Positions 1 through 14,703 of a DNA stretch of 64,000 bases are shown in pieces. Numbering within the stretch: the stretch's first letter is position 1; each line of letters begins with the position of its first letter. This stretch comes from Isurus oxyrinchus (taxonomy: Eukaryota): the NCBI GenBank assembly GCA_026770705.1, contig JANJGN010000342.1, positions 310,001-374,000 on the forward strand, written 5' to 3'. Made by a program: the position numbers and the translations under genes. Below the pieces are notes generated by a model. It worked only from the letters and a program-made list of their open reading frames with translations, searched no databases and was not told the origin of the DNA.

Positions 1-19
1 TTGATTGTGAAAGGAGGTA

Positions 20-1102
20 TCTTTGTCTGTTCTGTCTGTGGGTAAAGATTTGAAACATCAGTGTGACTGGAAAAGCACCGAGACACACACATACAGTGAT
101 TGTGTTCCAGTGAACTGACTGTAGAAGGAGCTTTAACCTGTTACACCACCTGAAACAAAGATTTCACCATGCACAGCAGGGAGAAACTGTGCAAATGTAC
201 TGTGTGTGGACAAGAATTCAACTGATTATCCAACCTGGAGAGGCACAGGAACATCGACACCATGGAGAAACTGTGGAACTGCGGGGATTCTGGGAAGAGA
301 TTCAGATCCCCCTCTGAGCTGGAAACTCATGGACGCATTCACACTGGGGAGAGACCGTTTATCTGTTGCGATTGTGGGAAGGGATTTGCTCGACTAACTA
401 ACCTCACTTCACACCAACTTGTTCATTCAGACATGAGGCCTTTTAAATGTTGTGACTGTGAGAAGAGCTTTAAAAGCAAAAAGAATCTGCTAATACACCA
501 GCGAGTTCACACTGGGGAGAGGCCTTTCACCTGCTTTGACTGTGGGAAGGGATTCACTCAGTTATCCAACCTGCTGTGACACCAGAGAGTCCACACTGGA
601 GAGAGGCCATTCACCTGCTCCAAGTGTGGGAAGTGATTCACTCAGTTAAGTACCCTCACTTCACATCAACTTGTTCACTCTGACATGAGACCTTTTAAAT
701 GTTCTGACTGTGAAAATTGCTTTAAAAGCAGAAAGCTTCTATTGATACACCTGAGGATTCACACTGGGGAGAAACCATTCACCTGCTGCAAGTGTGGGAA
801 GGGATTCACTCAACTAACCCAGCTCACTTCACATCAGCGTGTTCACTCTGAAAAGAGACCTTTTAGATATTCTGACTGTGTGAAAAACTATAAAAGCAGT
901 GGATCTGCAGACACACCAGCAAGTTCACACTGGAGAAAGGCCATTCACGTGTTCCATGTGTGGGATGGGATTCATTCACCCATCCCTCCGGCTGAAACAG
1001 CAGCGAGTTCACACAGGAGAGAGACTGTTCATCTGCTCCGTGTGTGGGAAGGGATTCAGTCTTTCATCCACCCTGCAGACACACCAGCGTATTCACAAGT
1101 GA
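20..1102 (+). pseudogene. Tandem C2H2 zinc-finger gene (KRAB-less), disrupted
   Basis: Repeated CxxC...HxxxH-TGERPF units in ORFs 262-579, 685-~895 and 899-1102. In-frame stops at 577-579 and 634-636, frameshift near 895, degenerate fingers at 20-260. Conserved ZNF 3' flank and AATAAA near 1247. Confidence 0.9.
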
Positions 1103-1782
1103 CTGCAGGGGTTGGATTCTGTTGTTATTGCTGCTGTTAATCACATCCAGGACTGAACCATGTTCATTCTGACAGTTGGGGTTTGCTTTTGCTGATGTTA
1201 CTAATCCCAGCAACTGCGCTGGAGTTTAATATTTTGGATAAAGGTTAAATAAATCAGCTTAGTGTCAAATACACAGTGCTCGAGTCCATGATTTCTCTAA
1301 GAACAGAGGAGACTGATTGATGTTCTGTTAATGACTTTTCTGGCCTTGGTCCTTCTCTCCTTTGTTAATGGAAGATGTGCATTTATATAGCACCTTTCAC
1401 AGCTTCAGGATGTTCCAAAGTGCTTTACAGGCAGTGAAGTCTTTTTGAAGTGTAGTCTCTGTGTAATGTGGGAAATGCATGTCGGACCAGCCGTGAGCTT
1501 CGTCCAAACCAATGGAGCCCCTCATCTTGCAGGAAATCCACCCCAGCCACAAGGACAAGGTTCTGATGACACCACCCCGGCTGTCTCAATGGGATCCATG
1601 AGGTCATTGGACATAACACGTCACCCAACAGTGATTGATCCCAAACAGCAAACCCCCAACAAGGGACTGGTGAGTTTCCCCTCTCACAGACCACAATGGG
1701 ACTGGCGAAGAGTTCGTGTCTCATGGTTTTGATCCCTGGAAAAGCAAAAATAAGCCGTGCGAGGCCATGAAAACCCCAACAC

Positions 1783-4022
1783 CAACAACAAACTGGTCTG
1801 TGTGGGTCAGGACTCCGGGTACAGGGTGACAGAGAAATGCAAACAATAAACTGGTCCTGTGTGGGTCAAGACTCCGGGTACAGAGTGGCAGAGAAACAGA
1901 AACAACAAACTGGTCCTGTGTGGGTCAAGACTCCGGGTACAGGGTGACAGAGAAATGCAAACAACAAACTGGTCCTGTGTGGGTCAAGACTCCGGGTACA
2001 GAGTGACAGAGAAACAGAAACAACAAACTGGTCCTGTGTGGGTCACGACTCCAGATACAGGGTGACAGAGAAACACTAACAACAAACTGGTCCTGTGTGG
2101 GTCAAGAAACTGGGTACAGGGTGACAGAGAAATGCAAACAACAAACTGGTCCTGTGTGGGTCAAGAAACCGGGTACAGGGTGACAGAGAAATGCAAACAA
2201 CAAACTGGTCCTGTGTGAGTCAAGACTCCGGGTACAGGGTGACAGAGAAATGCAAACAACAAACTGGTCCTGTGTGGGTCAAGACTCCGGGTACAGAGTG
2301 ACAGAGAAACAGAAACAACAAACTGGTCCTGTGTGGGTCACGACTCCAGATACAGGGTGACAGAGAAACACTAACAACAAACTGGTCCTGTGTGGGTCAA
2401 GAAACCGGGTACAGGGTGACAGAGAAACACTAACAACAAACTGGTCCTGTGTGGGTCAAGAAACTGAGTACAGGGTGACAGAGAAACACTAACAACAAAC
2501 TGGTCCTGTGTGGGTCAAGAAACTGAGTACAGGGTGACAGAGAAACACTAACAACAAACTGATCCTGTGTGGGTCAAGAGTTCGGGTACAGAGTGACAGA
2601 GAAACAGAAACAACAAACTGGTCCTGTGTGGTCACGACTCCAGATACAGAGTGACAGAGAAACAGAAACAACAAACTGGTCCTGTGTGGTCACGACTCCA
2701 GATACAGGGTGACAGAGAAACACTAACAACAAACTGGTCCTGTGTGGGTCAAGACTCCGGGTACAGGGTGACAGAGAAACACTAACAACAAACTGGTCCT
2801 GTGTGGGTCAAGAAACTGAGTACAGGGTGACAGAGAAACACTAACAACAAACTGGTCTGTGTGGGTCAGGACTCCGGGTACAGGGTGACAGAGAAATGCA
2901 AACAATAAACTGGTCCTGTGTGGGTCAAGACTCCGGGTACAGAGTGGCAGAGAAACAGAAACAACAAACTGGTCCTGTGTGGGTCAAGACTCCGGGTACA
3001 GGGTGACAGAGAAATGCAAACAACAAACTGGTCCTGTGTGGGTCAAGACTCCGGGTACAGAGTGACAGAGAAACAGAAACAACAAACTGGTCCTGTGTGG
3101 GTCACGACTCCAGATACAGGGTGACAGAGAAACACTAACAACAAACTGGTCCTGTGTGGGTCAAGAAACTGGGTACAGGGTGACAGAGAAATGCAAACAA
3201 CAAACTGGTCCTGTGTGGGTCAAGAAACCGGGTACAGGGTGACAGAGAAATGCAAACAACAAACTGGTCCTGTGTGAGTCAAGACTCCGGGTACAGGGTG
3301 ACAGAGAAATGCAAACAACAAACTGGTCCTGTGTGGGTCAAGACTCCGGGTACAGAGTGACAGAGAAACAGAAACAACAAACTGGTCCTGTGTGGGTCAC
3401 GACTCCAGATACAGGGTGACAGAGAAACACTAACAACAAACTGGTCCTGTGTGGGTCAAGAAACCGGGTACAGGGTGACAGAGAAACACTAACAACAAAC
3501 TGGTCCTGTGTGGGTCAAGAAACTGAGTACAGGGTGACAGAGAAACACTAACAACAAACTGGTCCTGTGTGGGTCAAGAGTTCGGGTACAGAGTGACAGA
3601 GAAACAGAAACAACAAACTGGTCCTGTGTGGTCACGACTCCAGATACAGGGTGACAGAGAAACACTAACAACAAACTGGTCCTGTGTGGGTCAAGACTCC
3701 GGGTACAGGGTGACAGAGAAACACTAACAACAAACTGGTCCTGTGTGGGTCAAGAAACTGAGTACAGGGTGACAGAGAAACACTAACAACAAACTGGTCC
3801 TGTGTGGGTCAAGACTCCGGGTACAGGGTGACAGAGAAACAGAAACAACAAACTGGTCCTGTGTGGGTCAAGAAACTGAGTACAGGGTGACAGAGAAACA
3901 CTAACAACAAACTGGTCCTGTGTGGGTCAAGAAACCGGGTACAGGGTGACAGAGAAACACTAACAACAAACTGGTCCTGTGTGGGTCAAGACTCCGGGTA
4001 CAGGGTGACAGAGAAATGCAAA
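1783..4022. repeat. 59-bp minisatellite (~38 units) with ~1059-bp higher-order duplication
   Basis: Unit about aacaacaaactggtcctgtgtgggtcaagactccgggtacagggtgacagagaaacact. The ORFs at 1859 and 2918 are identical and the order of unit variants repeats. Confidence 0.95.
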
Positions 4023-5092
4023 TGCCAATACCAACCACAACACCTGGTTGGAGACCTACCCAAGAAAGAGAGGATTTTAACAATGACAAGACACCCCAGA
4101 ACAAGCCAGAGAAACAGATTCTGGAAACTTAACCGCACAAAACCAATCAATACTCTGTAATCACTGGGTGGATGAAATATTTAAACCAGATAGTGTCCAA
4201 GCCATAGAAAAGGAGTGTCTTAATCTGAATCAAACAATTCTTCACATTGCCAAATCATTTAAACACACAATAATACCAGAGAAGTTCCGAAACAGAGGCT
4301 ACATTTTTTAGCAGTGTGAAATAATACAATGCACAAATCCAAACAAACTGAGAGAAATTCCATAGAAAAATCACACAAGACGACTTTTCTGATTACTCAA
4401 TTTCAGACAGGCCAAGTTCATCGCACAGATCAGATTGGATTTCTCCAGAGAATGAAATGAACACGGAAATATCTGACTTCATCGAAGCAACTCAGGAATC
4501 GAGAGAATCCCAGATGTAAAGGATAAACAAAACCTCATGAGGAGAGAAAGACAAGCGATCAGAGAATTAAAATTCAACACAGATATTGTCATAAAACCAG
4601 CAGACAAAGGCAGTAACATAGATATGGACAGACAACAAAACCTTATTGAAGCAAACAGACAACTCAACAAGACAAATTACTGCACCAAGTGAACTAAGTC
4701 CATGTATCAACAGAGACAAAAAGAAGTTAAGGACAGACTAACTGAACTTAAATATTCCAACTACATGAATCGAAAACAGATGGAATACCTAAAGGGACAG
4801 CAGCCACAGCCAAGGACATTTTACAAAATACTTAAACAGCTGGACACCTGGATGGTATCATGAGAAATCCTCCAAATTTCTATTACAGACTGTGACAGAG
4901 AATCCAATAGAATGGCAGAAGACATTGATTCATTTTGAATACCCCCACCCCAGCTCAATATTATCCCAATTACATTAAGGATACTTACCATTCAGTAAAC
5001 TCCCTCACTGTACCCTCCCGACAGCCTACTCTTCACAATGGATATTGAGAGTTTGGGCAGCAACATAGAAACAGAGGGATTCTAGCCATCTA

Positions 5093-5348
5093 AAACAGAG
5101 AAACTAGGAGCAGGAGTAGGCCATTCGACCCTTCGAGCCTGCACCACCATTCATTATGATCATGGCTGATCATCCAACTTAATAGCCTGCTCCTGCTCTT
5201 CCCCATATCCTTTGATCCCTTTCATCCCAAGAGCTATATCTAACTCCTGCTTGAAAACATACAATGTTTTGGCCTCAACTACTTTCTGTGGTAGCGAATT
5301 CCACAGGCTCACCACTCTCTGAGTGAAGAAATTTCTCCTCATCTCAGT
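5093..5348 (-). mobile_element. CR1 LINE 3' end fragment
   Basis: ORF 5160-5342 RRNFFTQRVVSLWNSLPQKVVEA...FKQELD is the CR1 ORF2 C-terminus, followed by a typical 3' UTR. Confidence 0.85.
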
Positions 5349-5686
5349 ACATCTTGAATAAATTCCACAATATCATAGACCAGGCAAAGCCATAATCTGA
5401 TTATTATATCTGGGACTAACAAAAAACAACTTTGAATTCAGGTGGAGAATACAATCTTCAAATTAAAAATATAGCCACTGGCAAAAAATTTGCACACTCC
5501 CCCCTCCCCCCATGCTAATATATAAATGTGTGGGGGAATGGGAAGAGAGTGTTTTCAAAGAATGTTCCAAGCTACCATTATGTTATTACAGATTTCTAGA
5601 TGATACGTGAGGAGTTTGGTCCCACACAGTGACAGAACTGGAGGAATCTACAAACAATCACTATCTGACTATCAAAATCACAACAA

Positions 5687-6267
5687 TGTTAAGAAACATG
5701 AACTTACCTGTCTCTCTGTGATATTTTCTGGCTGCAGACTGAGGACTAGGAGGCCCAGCATTCCCTGGGAGTTCCAGCACGTGTCCAGAGTGGGACAGGC
5801 AGCGCGGGCTCAGGAGAAGAGATTGAACCATTGGGAGGTGTGCAGTTATTGAGGCAATCCGAGTCAGAGCAGCTATGAGGGATGTCAGAGGCTAGATTCT
5901 TGAAAGTGGAGACCCTTGTGGGGGAGATGGAGTTTTCACGAGATTGTGTGACTCACAGTGAACACTGACATCTGGGTGGGTTGCTGAGAAATCTGTGGGA
6001 TCTGTCTTGACTGTCTGTCATTTAATGTGCAGTGCACAATGTTTGATCACAGCTGCCTGTTACTTCATATTTTTCTCATGTTAATTCTGAATGCTAGAGT
6101 ATAAGATAGATAATGCCAATTGTTTTACTTTTCTGACTCTGTATAATAAAGTTTAATTTGCTTGTTTAAAACCATGGAAGCTTGTAATTTTATTCTCTTA
6201 GTACTTGAGATTTCAAATATTGTCTACTTTAAACAAAAAGTTACTGGTCCATCACCAGATTGAAACA
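5687..6267 (+). mobile_element. Candidate solo LTR inserted in the old Penelope-like element
   Basis: TG...CA ends (tgtta...aaaca), internal AATAAA near 6145, and it interrupts the PLE RT coding remnant. Flanks acaa/ataa are an imperfect TSD. Confidence 0.4.
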
Positions 6268-7565
6268 ATAAATACAAAAATAAAATGAATTTCTTAGATA
6301 TCAGAGTTCAAACTAACACAAGAAGATAACACAAAACACATTAGCAACAAAGGTTTTCTTCAAACCAACAGACACGTGCACCCTATTATATACCAAAAGA
6401 CACCATGCTAAACACACCTTCCATGGATTAGTGAATTCACAACTAATGCGATTCCATGGCATTTGTACAGAACAGGTAGATTTAACAGTGTAGTCAATAC
6501 CTTATTCACTGCGTTGTGGCACAGGGGATACGCAGAAAGGTTCCTTAAACATATCAAAAACAATTATTGTAAAAAATTAGACAACCTTCCAAGATTAAAT
6601 CGACTCATTAAACCAATAAAATAACAGTCTTTAGACAGAATAAAAACCTAAAGGATCTTTTCATTAGCAGCAAGGTGAGCACACAAAGCACACCAAACTG
6701 TGGAAATAGAAACTGTATACCATTCAAGCACTTAAAAGTCCTGAAAACAAGACAAAAATTCAACACAGGGAAAACACCCCTTTAAACCACAGAATCGCAT
6801 GTGAACAACAATGTTGTCTATGCAATATGATATAAACATCACAAAATCTGATACATGGGAGAGACAAGTAACAGGTTAAGAACTAGACTCGCATCATGAC
6901 ATTAGAAGGAAGAAAGAACAGGAAGCTTTCAACAAACATTTTATTGAATATGGACCAGACCCTTTGGAAATAACAAGAATGGAAACAGATCTAAATTGGT
7001 TTACATTGCAAAGAAAGAGCAAAGAGGGACAGTGGATTCCAAATTTAGTAACAATGTCACCGAAAGACTTAAAGAAAAAACAAGTGTTATTAAAGAAAAC
7101 TGATAATCTGTTTATGAACTTGAATGACTCCCACTCTGGGAGGTTTGGTGAGATGGGAAAGAGCTATTCACACCTTCAGGGAAACCACTGTCATTGAGTT
7201 TACCCTTGTGGAAATTCGCCTTGGATTTCAGATGTCACATATCTGGGTAGGTCCTTTTGCAATTTACTTGAAGCTTCCTAGAAGCTTGGCAAATATTGCA
7301 GTTGTAAAAGGTCAGCTGACCTTTGGCAGCTATTTTTAAGGTTCCTTGCACCCATTTAAAAGAAATATTAGCTTGTTTTTACAAAATCTACCACATCACC
7401 ACACTTCATTTGTGACAAGATTCTCCCTCTTCGAGTCCTTTAAGTGGATGACTTAGGCTCTAGCTCAATCCCACACTTCACCCTCATTCTACCAAATAAC
7501 ACAGTTCACCACAAAACATCTTTCATGATTTTATTTGCCATTTTGAATGTTCCAGATGTGAATGT

Positions 7566-7647
7566 GGTCATGTGGTTGAGCAGTGTGTGGTACTGGAGTT
7601 AGGATCTTGTCCCTTTGGAGCTGTGGGTTTGAATCCCACCACTGCTA
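7566..7647 (+). pseudogene. tRNA-Leu(TAG) pseudogene
   Basis: Colinear over 82 nt with vertebrate tRNA-Leu, ending gtgggtttgaatcccaccactgcta, with many substitutions. Confidence 0.7.
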
Positions 7648-7863
7648 AAGTTTTGGGTGGTTTGCTCTGCTCAGTTGTTCCAGAAAGTTCTTCATGTGGG
7701 CAATGGGCAGCTGAGCTGTGCAGTGTTTCATTCTGGTTGGGAGAATGAGGAGAGACAGTAAATTACAGGTGACCAGGAAAGGGTGGGGGAAGGGCACAGA
7801 CTGGATGGACCGAATACCTTTTTTCTCTGTAACACTCTGTATCCATTCTATCATCCTTCCTGA

Positions 7864-7945
7864 GTAGTTGTGGGCGAGTGGTTAAGACGGTGGATTTGAA
7901 ATCCAGTGGGTTCTCCTCACGCAGGTTGGAAACCTGTCAACTCCG
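7864..7945 (+). pseudogene. tRNA-Ser(TGA) pseudogene
   Basis: gtagttgtgggcgagtggttaag...ttgaaatcca...gcaggttggaaacctgtcaactccg. T-loop/B-box mutated. Confidence 0.85.
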
Positions 7946-8319
7946 CTTCGCATCATTCCTGATTATAACCAATCGCAGAATTAGTTATCAGTTAAATGGA
8001 ATAAAAACCATCCAAATTCCCTGTGTTCCTTATTTCCATTCATCCCAAACATTCATTAAATTTGCAGTTTGAAATGGAACAATAATTGGCCTGGTTGGTG
8101 TCATCCGTGTTTTCTGGGTGTTTGTCTCTCCTTAGGCCTCTGTCACTCTTGGTGCATATGTCTGGGTGTGTTCCTCTGTGTGTGTGTGTCAATGCCGTTT
8201 AGTTCCCTGAGGGGGTGAACATACTTTTACCATCACAAACTTTATTCACATCAGTTGTGTAGCTTCGTAATAAAATGTTACAGAGAAAAAAATATCAGGG
8301 GTTTGTCTCTTTCTATGTA

Positions 8320-8840
8320 TGGACGACTTAAACAACAACTTACATTTATACATCGGTTCAACATGAACATCTCACAGGAGAATTATGTAAAAAAAAATGA
8401 CACTGACCCACATAAAGAGACATTAGATCAGATGGCCAAAAGCTTGGTCAAAGAGGTAGGTTTCAAGAAGAGTCTTAAAGGAGGAAAGTGAGGTAGAGGC
8501 AGAGAGGTTCAGGGAGGGAATTCCAGAGCTTGGGGCCTCGGCAATGAAACCACAGTCACCAATGGTGGAGGGATTCTGATTGGGAATGTACAATGAGCCA
8601 GAATTAGAGTGGCACAGATATCACAGAAGCTTGTGGGGTTCAAGGAGGTCACAGAGATAGGGAGGGTGAGGGCATGCAGGGATTTGAACACAAGGATGAG
8701 AACTTTAAAATAAAGACATTTCTTGATTCGGAGCCAATATGGGTCAGCAAGTACGTGGGAGATAGAGGATTGGGACTTGCCGTGAGTTAAGACACGGGCA
8801 GCAGTTTTGGATGAACTCAATTTATGGAGGGTAGAAAATT
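8320..8840 (-). mobile_element. L2-type LINE 3' fragment
   Basis: ORF 8509-8820 (AARVLT...ISHVLAD..WLRI....FKVLILVFKSLH) is an L2 ORF2 C-terminus. Confidence 0.75.
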
Positions 8841-8859
8841 AGGTCAAAAATGAACAAGC

Positions 8860-11050
8860 TGGACTTCAAATGTAGTAATCTCTGGATTACTACAAGTAAG
8901 TAAGTACAGAAATAGGAAGATAAGACAGATGAATCTGTGGCTGGAAAGATGGTACAGGAGGGAGGGCTTTAGATTCCTAGGACACTGGGATTGGCTCTGG
9001 TGAAGATGGCACCTGTACAAGTTGGACAGGCTGCATGTGAACAGAGCCAGGACTGAATTCCTGGCAGGGTGTTTTGCTCGTGCCATTAGGAGGGCTTTAA
9101 ACTAAATTGGCAGGGGTGTGGGAACCAGGAGAGAGCGTTAGAGAGGAATACCGATAGCACAAGAAAACAATAATAAGTTAATAGTCGGAGTTGGAGTAAG
9201 GGAGAACATCATAAAGACTAAATCAGGGTTAGTGTGCATGTATGTGAATGCATGGAATATTGTAAATAAGATTGGGGAGTTACAAGTGCAGATTGCCATG
9301 TGGAAATATAATGTTGTGGCAACAGACCTGGGTCAAGGAAGAGCAAGACATTCCTGGGTACAAGGTGTTCACAAAAGATAGAAAAGGAAGAGGGGTGGCA
9401 GTATTGGTTAAGGAGAGCATTGCAATGCTGGAGAAAGAGGATGTCCCAGAGGGCTCAAGGACAGAATCAATTTAGTTAGAGCTAAGGAACAAAAAGGGTG
9501 CAATTATATTATTTGGTGTCTATAGACCATCGGGAAGGATGCAGAGAAATCTTCAGAGAAATTAGGGATGCAGACATCATAGAGTAATTATAATGGGGGA
9601 CATTAGTTACCCGAATATAGACTGGGACAATGGTAGTGTAAAGGGAGGAGAGGGGCAAGAGTTCCTAGATTGTGTTCAGGAGAATTTTCTACAGCAGTGT
9701 GTGTCCAGTGCAACAGAAAAGGATGCACTGTTGGACCTGATTGCTGGAAATGAGGTGGGCCAAGTAGATCAACTGTCAGTGGGGGAACATTTAGGAGACA
9801 GTGATCATTATATCATAAGGTTTAGGATGATGTTAGAAAAGGACAATGTGCAATCCAGGGTGAGAATAATTAACTGGGGGAGAGGAGACTTCAATGGGGC
9901 AAGAACGGAGCAAGGCTGGATAGACTAGAACCAAATGTGGATGGGAAAAAACAGCTGATCAATGGGCTACCATCAAAGAAAAAATGGTTCGGGCACAGTC
10001 AAGGTATAATTCCTCCAAAGGGAAAGGTAGGGCAATCAAATCCAGAGCTGGCTGGATGATAAAGGAGATGGAAATCAAGATTAAGTAGAAAATGTGTGCT
10101 TATGACAGGTGTCAGGTAGAAAATACAATTGAGAACAAAGCTGAATACAGAAGGTTCGGGGCGAGGAGAGAAAACAAATATGAGAAACAAAGAAGGATCA
10201 TGAGAAAAGACTGGCAGCCGACATAATGGGGAATCCCAAGGTCTCCTATTGAGACAAAAATAGTAAGAGGATGGTCAAAGGAAAATAGGACTGATCAGGG
10301 ACTAAAAAGGGGATTTGCACAGGGAGGCAATAGGCATGGCTGAAGTGTTAAATGAATACTTTGCATCTGTCTTTAACAAGGAAGCAGATGCTACCAAGGC
10401 CATGGTGACAGAGGAGGAAACCTTGTCACTAAAATGATTCAAAATTAATGAGGAGGAAGTGTTGGATAAACTGTCGGTATTTAAGGTTGTTAAGGCACCG
10501 GGACCGGATGAGATGCAACCAAAGATATTGAAGAAAGTAAGAGTGGAAATTACAAGGGTATTGGCCATAATTTTTCAGTCTTCACCAGGCTCAGAGGAGG
10601 TTCCAGCGGATGGAGAATTGCAAACGTTAGGTCCTTGTTCAAAAAAGGCTGTAAGGATAAGCCCAGCAATTACAGACCAATCCGTTTAACTTCAGAGGTT
10701 GGGAAGCTTCTCGGGATAATTATATGGGATAGAATTAGTGGTCAGATGGAAAAATATGGGCTGATTAGGCAGAGCCAGCATGGATTTCAAAAGGAGAAAT
10801 CATGTTTAACTAATTTGCTGGAGTGTTTTGAAGAGGTAACAGAGAGGGTTGATGAGGTTAATGTTGTTGATGTGGTGCACATGGACTTTCAAAAGATATT
10901 TGATGCAGTGCCACACAACAGACTTATAAGAAAGCTTATTGTTCATGGAATAAAAGGGACAGTGGCAACGTGGATACAAAATTGGATGAGTAATAGGAAA
11001 CAGAGGGCAATGGCCAATGGATATTTTTCGGCCTTGAGGAAGGTTTGTGG
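8860..11050 (+). mobile_element. CR1 LINE, degraded (ORF1 esterase tail + ORF2 endonuclease/RT)
   Basis: Peptides MGDISYPNIDW, KAPGPDEMQPKILK, FKKG..D.PSNYRPIRLTS, SQHGFQKEKSCLTNLL, MDFQKIFDAVPH. Multiple stops. Confidence 0.9.
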
Positions 11051-11864
11051 CATCTGCAGCTTCTGTGCCGTTATAATTCTGTGATTCTGTGATTGACACA
11101 TCACCTGTCCTACCATCCTTAATGTGTTTTAAATAATTACTCAATTATATTAATCACCTATTTATATTGCTTTTTTATATATTAACTTTACCTCCAATTT
11201 GAATACTATTTTAAACCTTAAGAATAAAATAGGCCTTAACCACACACCAGTTACTCACCAAACAGCTAGCTCCTTTCCCTGTAGTAGAGCAAGAACCAAT
11301 TCCAACAGTGTGAGAAAGTTAAAAAAAAGGAAACGAGCATCTCCTCCCTCCACTTCACCAAACTCCCCCTCCTCACCAAACTCCAAGTATGCACTCGTTT
11401 GCCTTAGCTGCTCTGAAGAGGCCTGTATTTATAACCAACTGAACAGGGGCTAGAATAACCAGATTCTACCAGTTAGCGAATTAACTACTCAGCTCTCACA
11501 ACAGAGTGAATTTACCCTGTCTAAGCTGCAAGAAAACAAGAACTTAGCCTGCTTACACAGCACTTTCCTGTTACTGCTAAGGGAGTAAAGGTTTTTGGGG
11601 GCAGGCTCCTTGTGGAGTTGAAGCCACAATCAGATCAGCCATGATCTTATTGATTGGTTAAGCAGGCTCAAGGGGTCGAATGGCCTACTCCTGCTCTTAA
11701 TTATTATGTTCAATACAGCAAGTTTGATACAGAGCTGAGTTATTTGACTTATATTCACAATATTAACCCCGATAACTGGGCTAGAGTTTATCACAGCAGA
11801 AACAGACCCCAGTGAACATGATTCAGTCCTGGATGTGATTAACAGCAAAATCCAACCACTGTAG

Positions 11865-12989
<1,125 letters not shown>

Positions 12990-13384
12990 AATCCAATGAT
13001 ATTCAGGCTACAATAAATTGGGTGACTGCATCAGATTCTGATGTGATGTTTAGATTGAGTTTCCCGACTGCAAATCCTCGCTTTCTAACACCCTGTGGAA
13101 TTGATTTAAAACAGAAAAAAGGAGTGAGGGGAACACCCACAAAAACACAAAGGCAGGTTGTGAAATTGAGCTGAATGAATCAGATAATTTGTGGGGCCGG
13201 CATGAGGAAAAATAGACTGTTAAAGCTGAGGGATTGTCATAAAAACCCAACTGGTTCACTAATGTGTGACAGAATTTCCCAAACCCTCAATCTCCACCAC
13301 CTAGAAGGACCATGGTAGCAGGTGTATGTGAACACCATCACCTCCAAGTTCCCCTCCAAGTCACACACTGTCCTGACTTGTCTG

Positions 13385-13970
13385 ACATCCAGTACTAAAT
13401 GAGCAGAAATTTCCTCCATTTAAATATTGGGCAGATTGAAGCCATTGTCCTCAGTCCCCGCTACAAACTCCACTCCCTAGACACGGACTCCATCCCTTTC
13501 CCTGACAACTGTCTGAGACTGAACCAGACTGTTGACAAACATGGTGAAAACTTTCACCCCAAGATGAGCTTCCAACCACAGATCCACATCATCACCAAGA
13601 CCGCCTATTTCCACTTCAGTAACATCGCCCGACTCCACCCCAGTCTCAGCTTATCTGCTGCTGAAACTCTCATCCATTCCTTTGTTAGCTCTAGACTGAA
13701 CTATCCTAACGCACTCCCAGCCGGCCTCCCACATTCACCCTCCCTGTATTCTTGTGGTCATCCAAAACTGTGCTGCCCGTGAGCTTACTTGCACCAAGTC
13801 TTGTTCACCCATCACCCCTGTGTTCACTGAAGTACCTAAATGTTAAGCTTCTGATCCTTTCAGATCCCTCCTGGTCTCCCCCCTCCCTATCTCTGTAATC
13901 TGCTCCAGCCTCACAACCCTCCCAGATATCTTCACTCCCTCTAGTTCCAGATTCCTGACTTGAAATTGGA
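13385..13970 (+). mobile_element. L2-type LINE fragment
   Basis: ORF 13399-13782 (MSRNFLHLNIGQIEAIV...KTAYFHFSNIARL...AETLIHSFVSSRLNY). Confidence 0.8.
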
Positions 13971-13984
13971 ATTGCTGCAGATTT

Positions 13985-14575
13985 GAGCCCGGGTCTGTCA
14001 CTGGGAGGAAGCTGCGGCCTCGCTCGGAGCAAACGGCAGGAGGCTCCCCTGGGGACCGGGAAGTCCTTTTCCAGGTTTTTTACTGACACAACATGTTTAC
14101 GGAGCCTCCCCGGTCCACCCGCCGGATCCATCGCTCCCTCCGCCTCGCCGGTCACTCCCTTTCCCATTGAGGACCCGACAAAGGAGCATCTCCCCATCAC
14201 ACTTCGCATGCTTCACTCCCAGCCCCGCCCCTCATTCACTCCGATTGGCTGGAGGACCAGCCGCTCAGGTTCTGTCCTCCAGTCACACCCCCTCATCCTA
14301 TCAGCCGGGCATTGTGAGCTGTCAGGTGAGAGGTCATTGCCGGGGGGCGGGGTTTACAAATCCCAAGTGCGGCCCCAGAGCCTAATCTTATCCAATGAAC
14401 ATTCTCCACTCTCACTGTCCGCCGCTTTCGGCTTCTCTCCGGTACCAACCTCAAGTAAAGAGAACAGGAGACTCCGAGCATGCGCAATCCACCCGGACAA
14501 CGCGCGGCAGATAGGGCGGTTTCTGCGGCGCATGGGGCTGTGGGTAATCCGGCCGCCATTAGGGACCAAGTCTCA
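13985..14575. promoter_or_regulatory. CpG-rich, probably bidirectional promoter between divergent ZNF units
   Basis: High CpG density, GC boxes (ccccgcccc ~14223, ggggcgggg ~14344), CCAAT boxes (gattggct ~14243, ccaat ~14392), NRF1-like gcatgcgca ~14478, YY1-like ccgccatt ~14553. Confidence 0.65.
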
Positions 14576-14584
14576 GTTAATCTT

Positions 14585-14703
14585 TAGATAAAAGCAAAAT
14601 ACTGTGGATGCTGGAAATCTGAAACAAAAACAGAAAAAGTGGTTCTCTCTCCACAGATTCTGCCAGACCTGCTGGGTTTTTCCAGTATTTTCTGTTTTTT
14701 GTC
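14585..14703. mobile_element. Short collapsed palindromic remnant of Penelope-type terminal repeat
   Basis: ggatgctggaaatctgaaacaaaaacagaaa ... tgccagacctgctgggtttttccagtattttctgtttttgt is homologous to the PLE ends at 27095, 30770 and 60917. Confidence 0.65.

Larger units (their letters stand above)
4150..7075 (+). mobile_element. Old, degraded AT-rich Penelope-like element (RT + GIY-YIG), interrupted by nested insertions
   Basis: Remnant motifs: DIVIKPADKGS (~4582), FTMDIESL (~5032), YRFLDD (~5587), FFKPTDT (~6356), NVVYAI...YMGET (~6810-6865). Many stops and frameshifts. Confidence 0.75.

Noticed and set aside
1783-4022. CRISPR-like array or repetitive protein ORFs
   Set aside because: No unique spacers, vertebrate context, and the 59-bp unit is not a multiple of three, so the ORFs are incidental.
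13805-14591. 202-aa and overlapping ORFs
   Set aside because: GC-rich promoter DNA with few stops and no recognisable domain.
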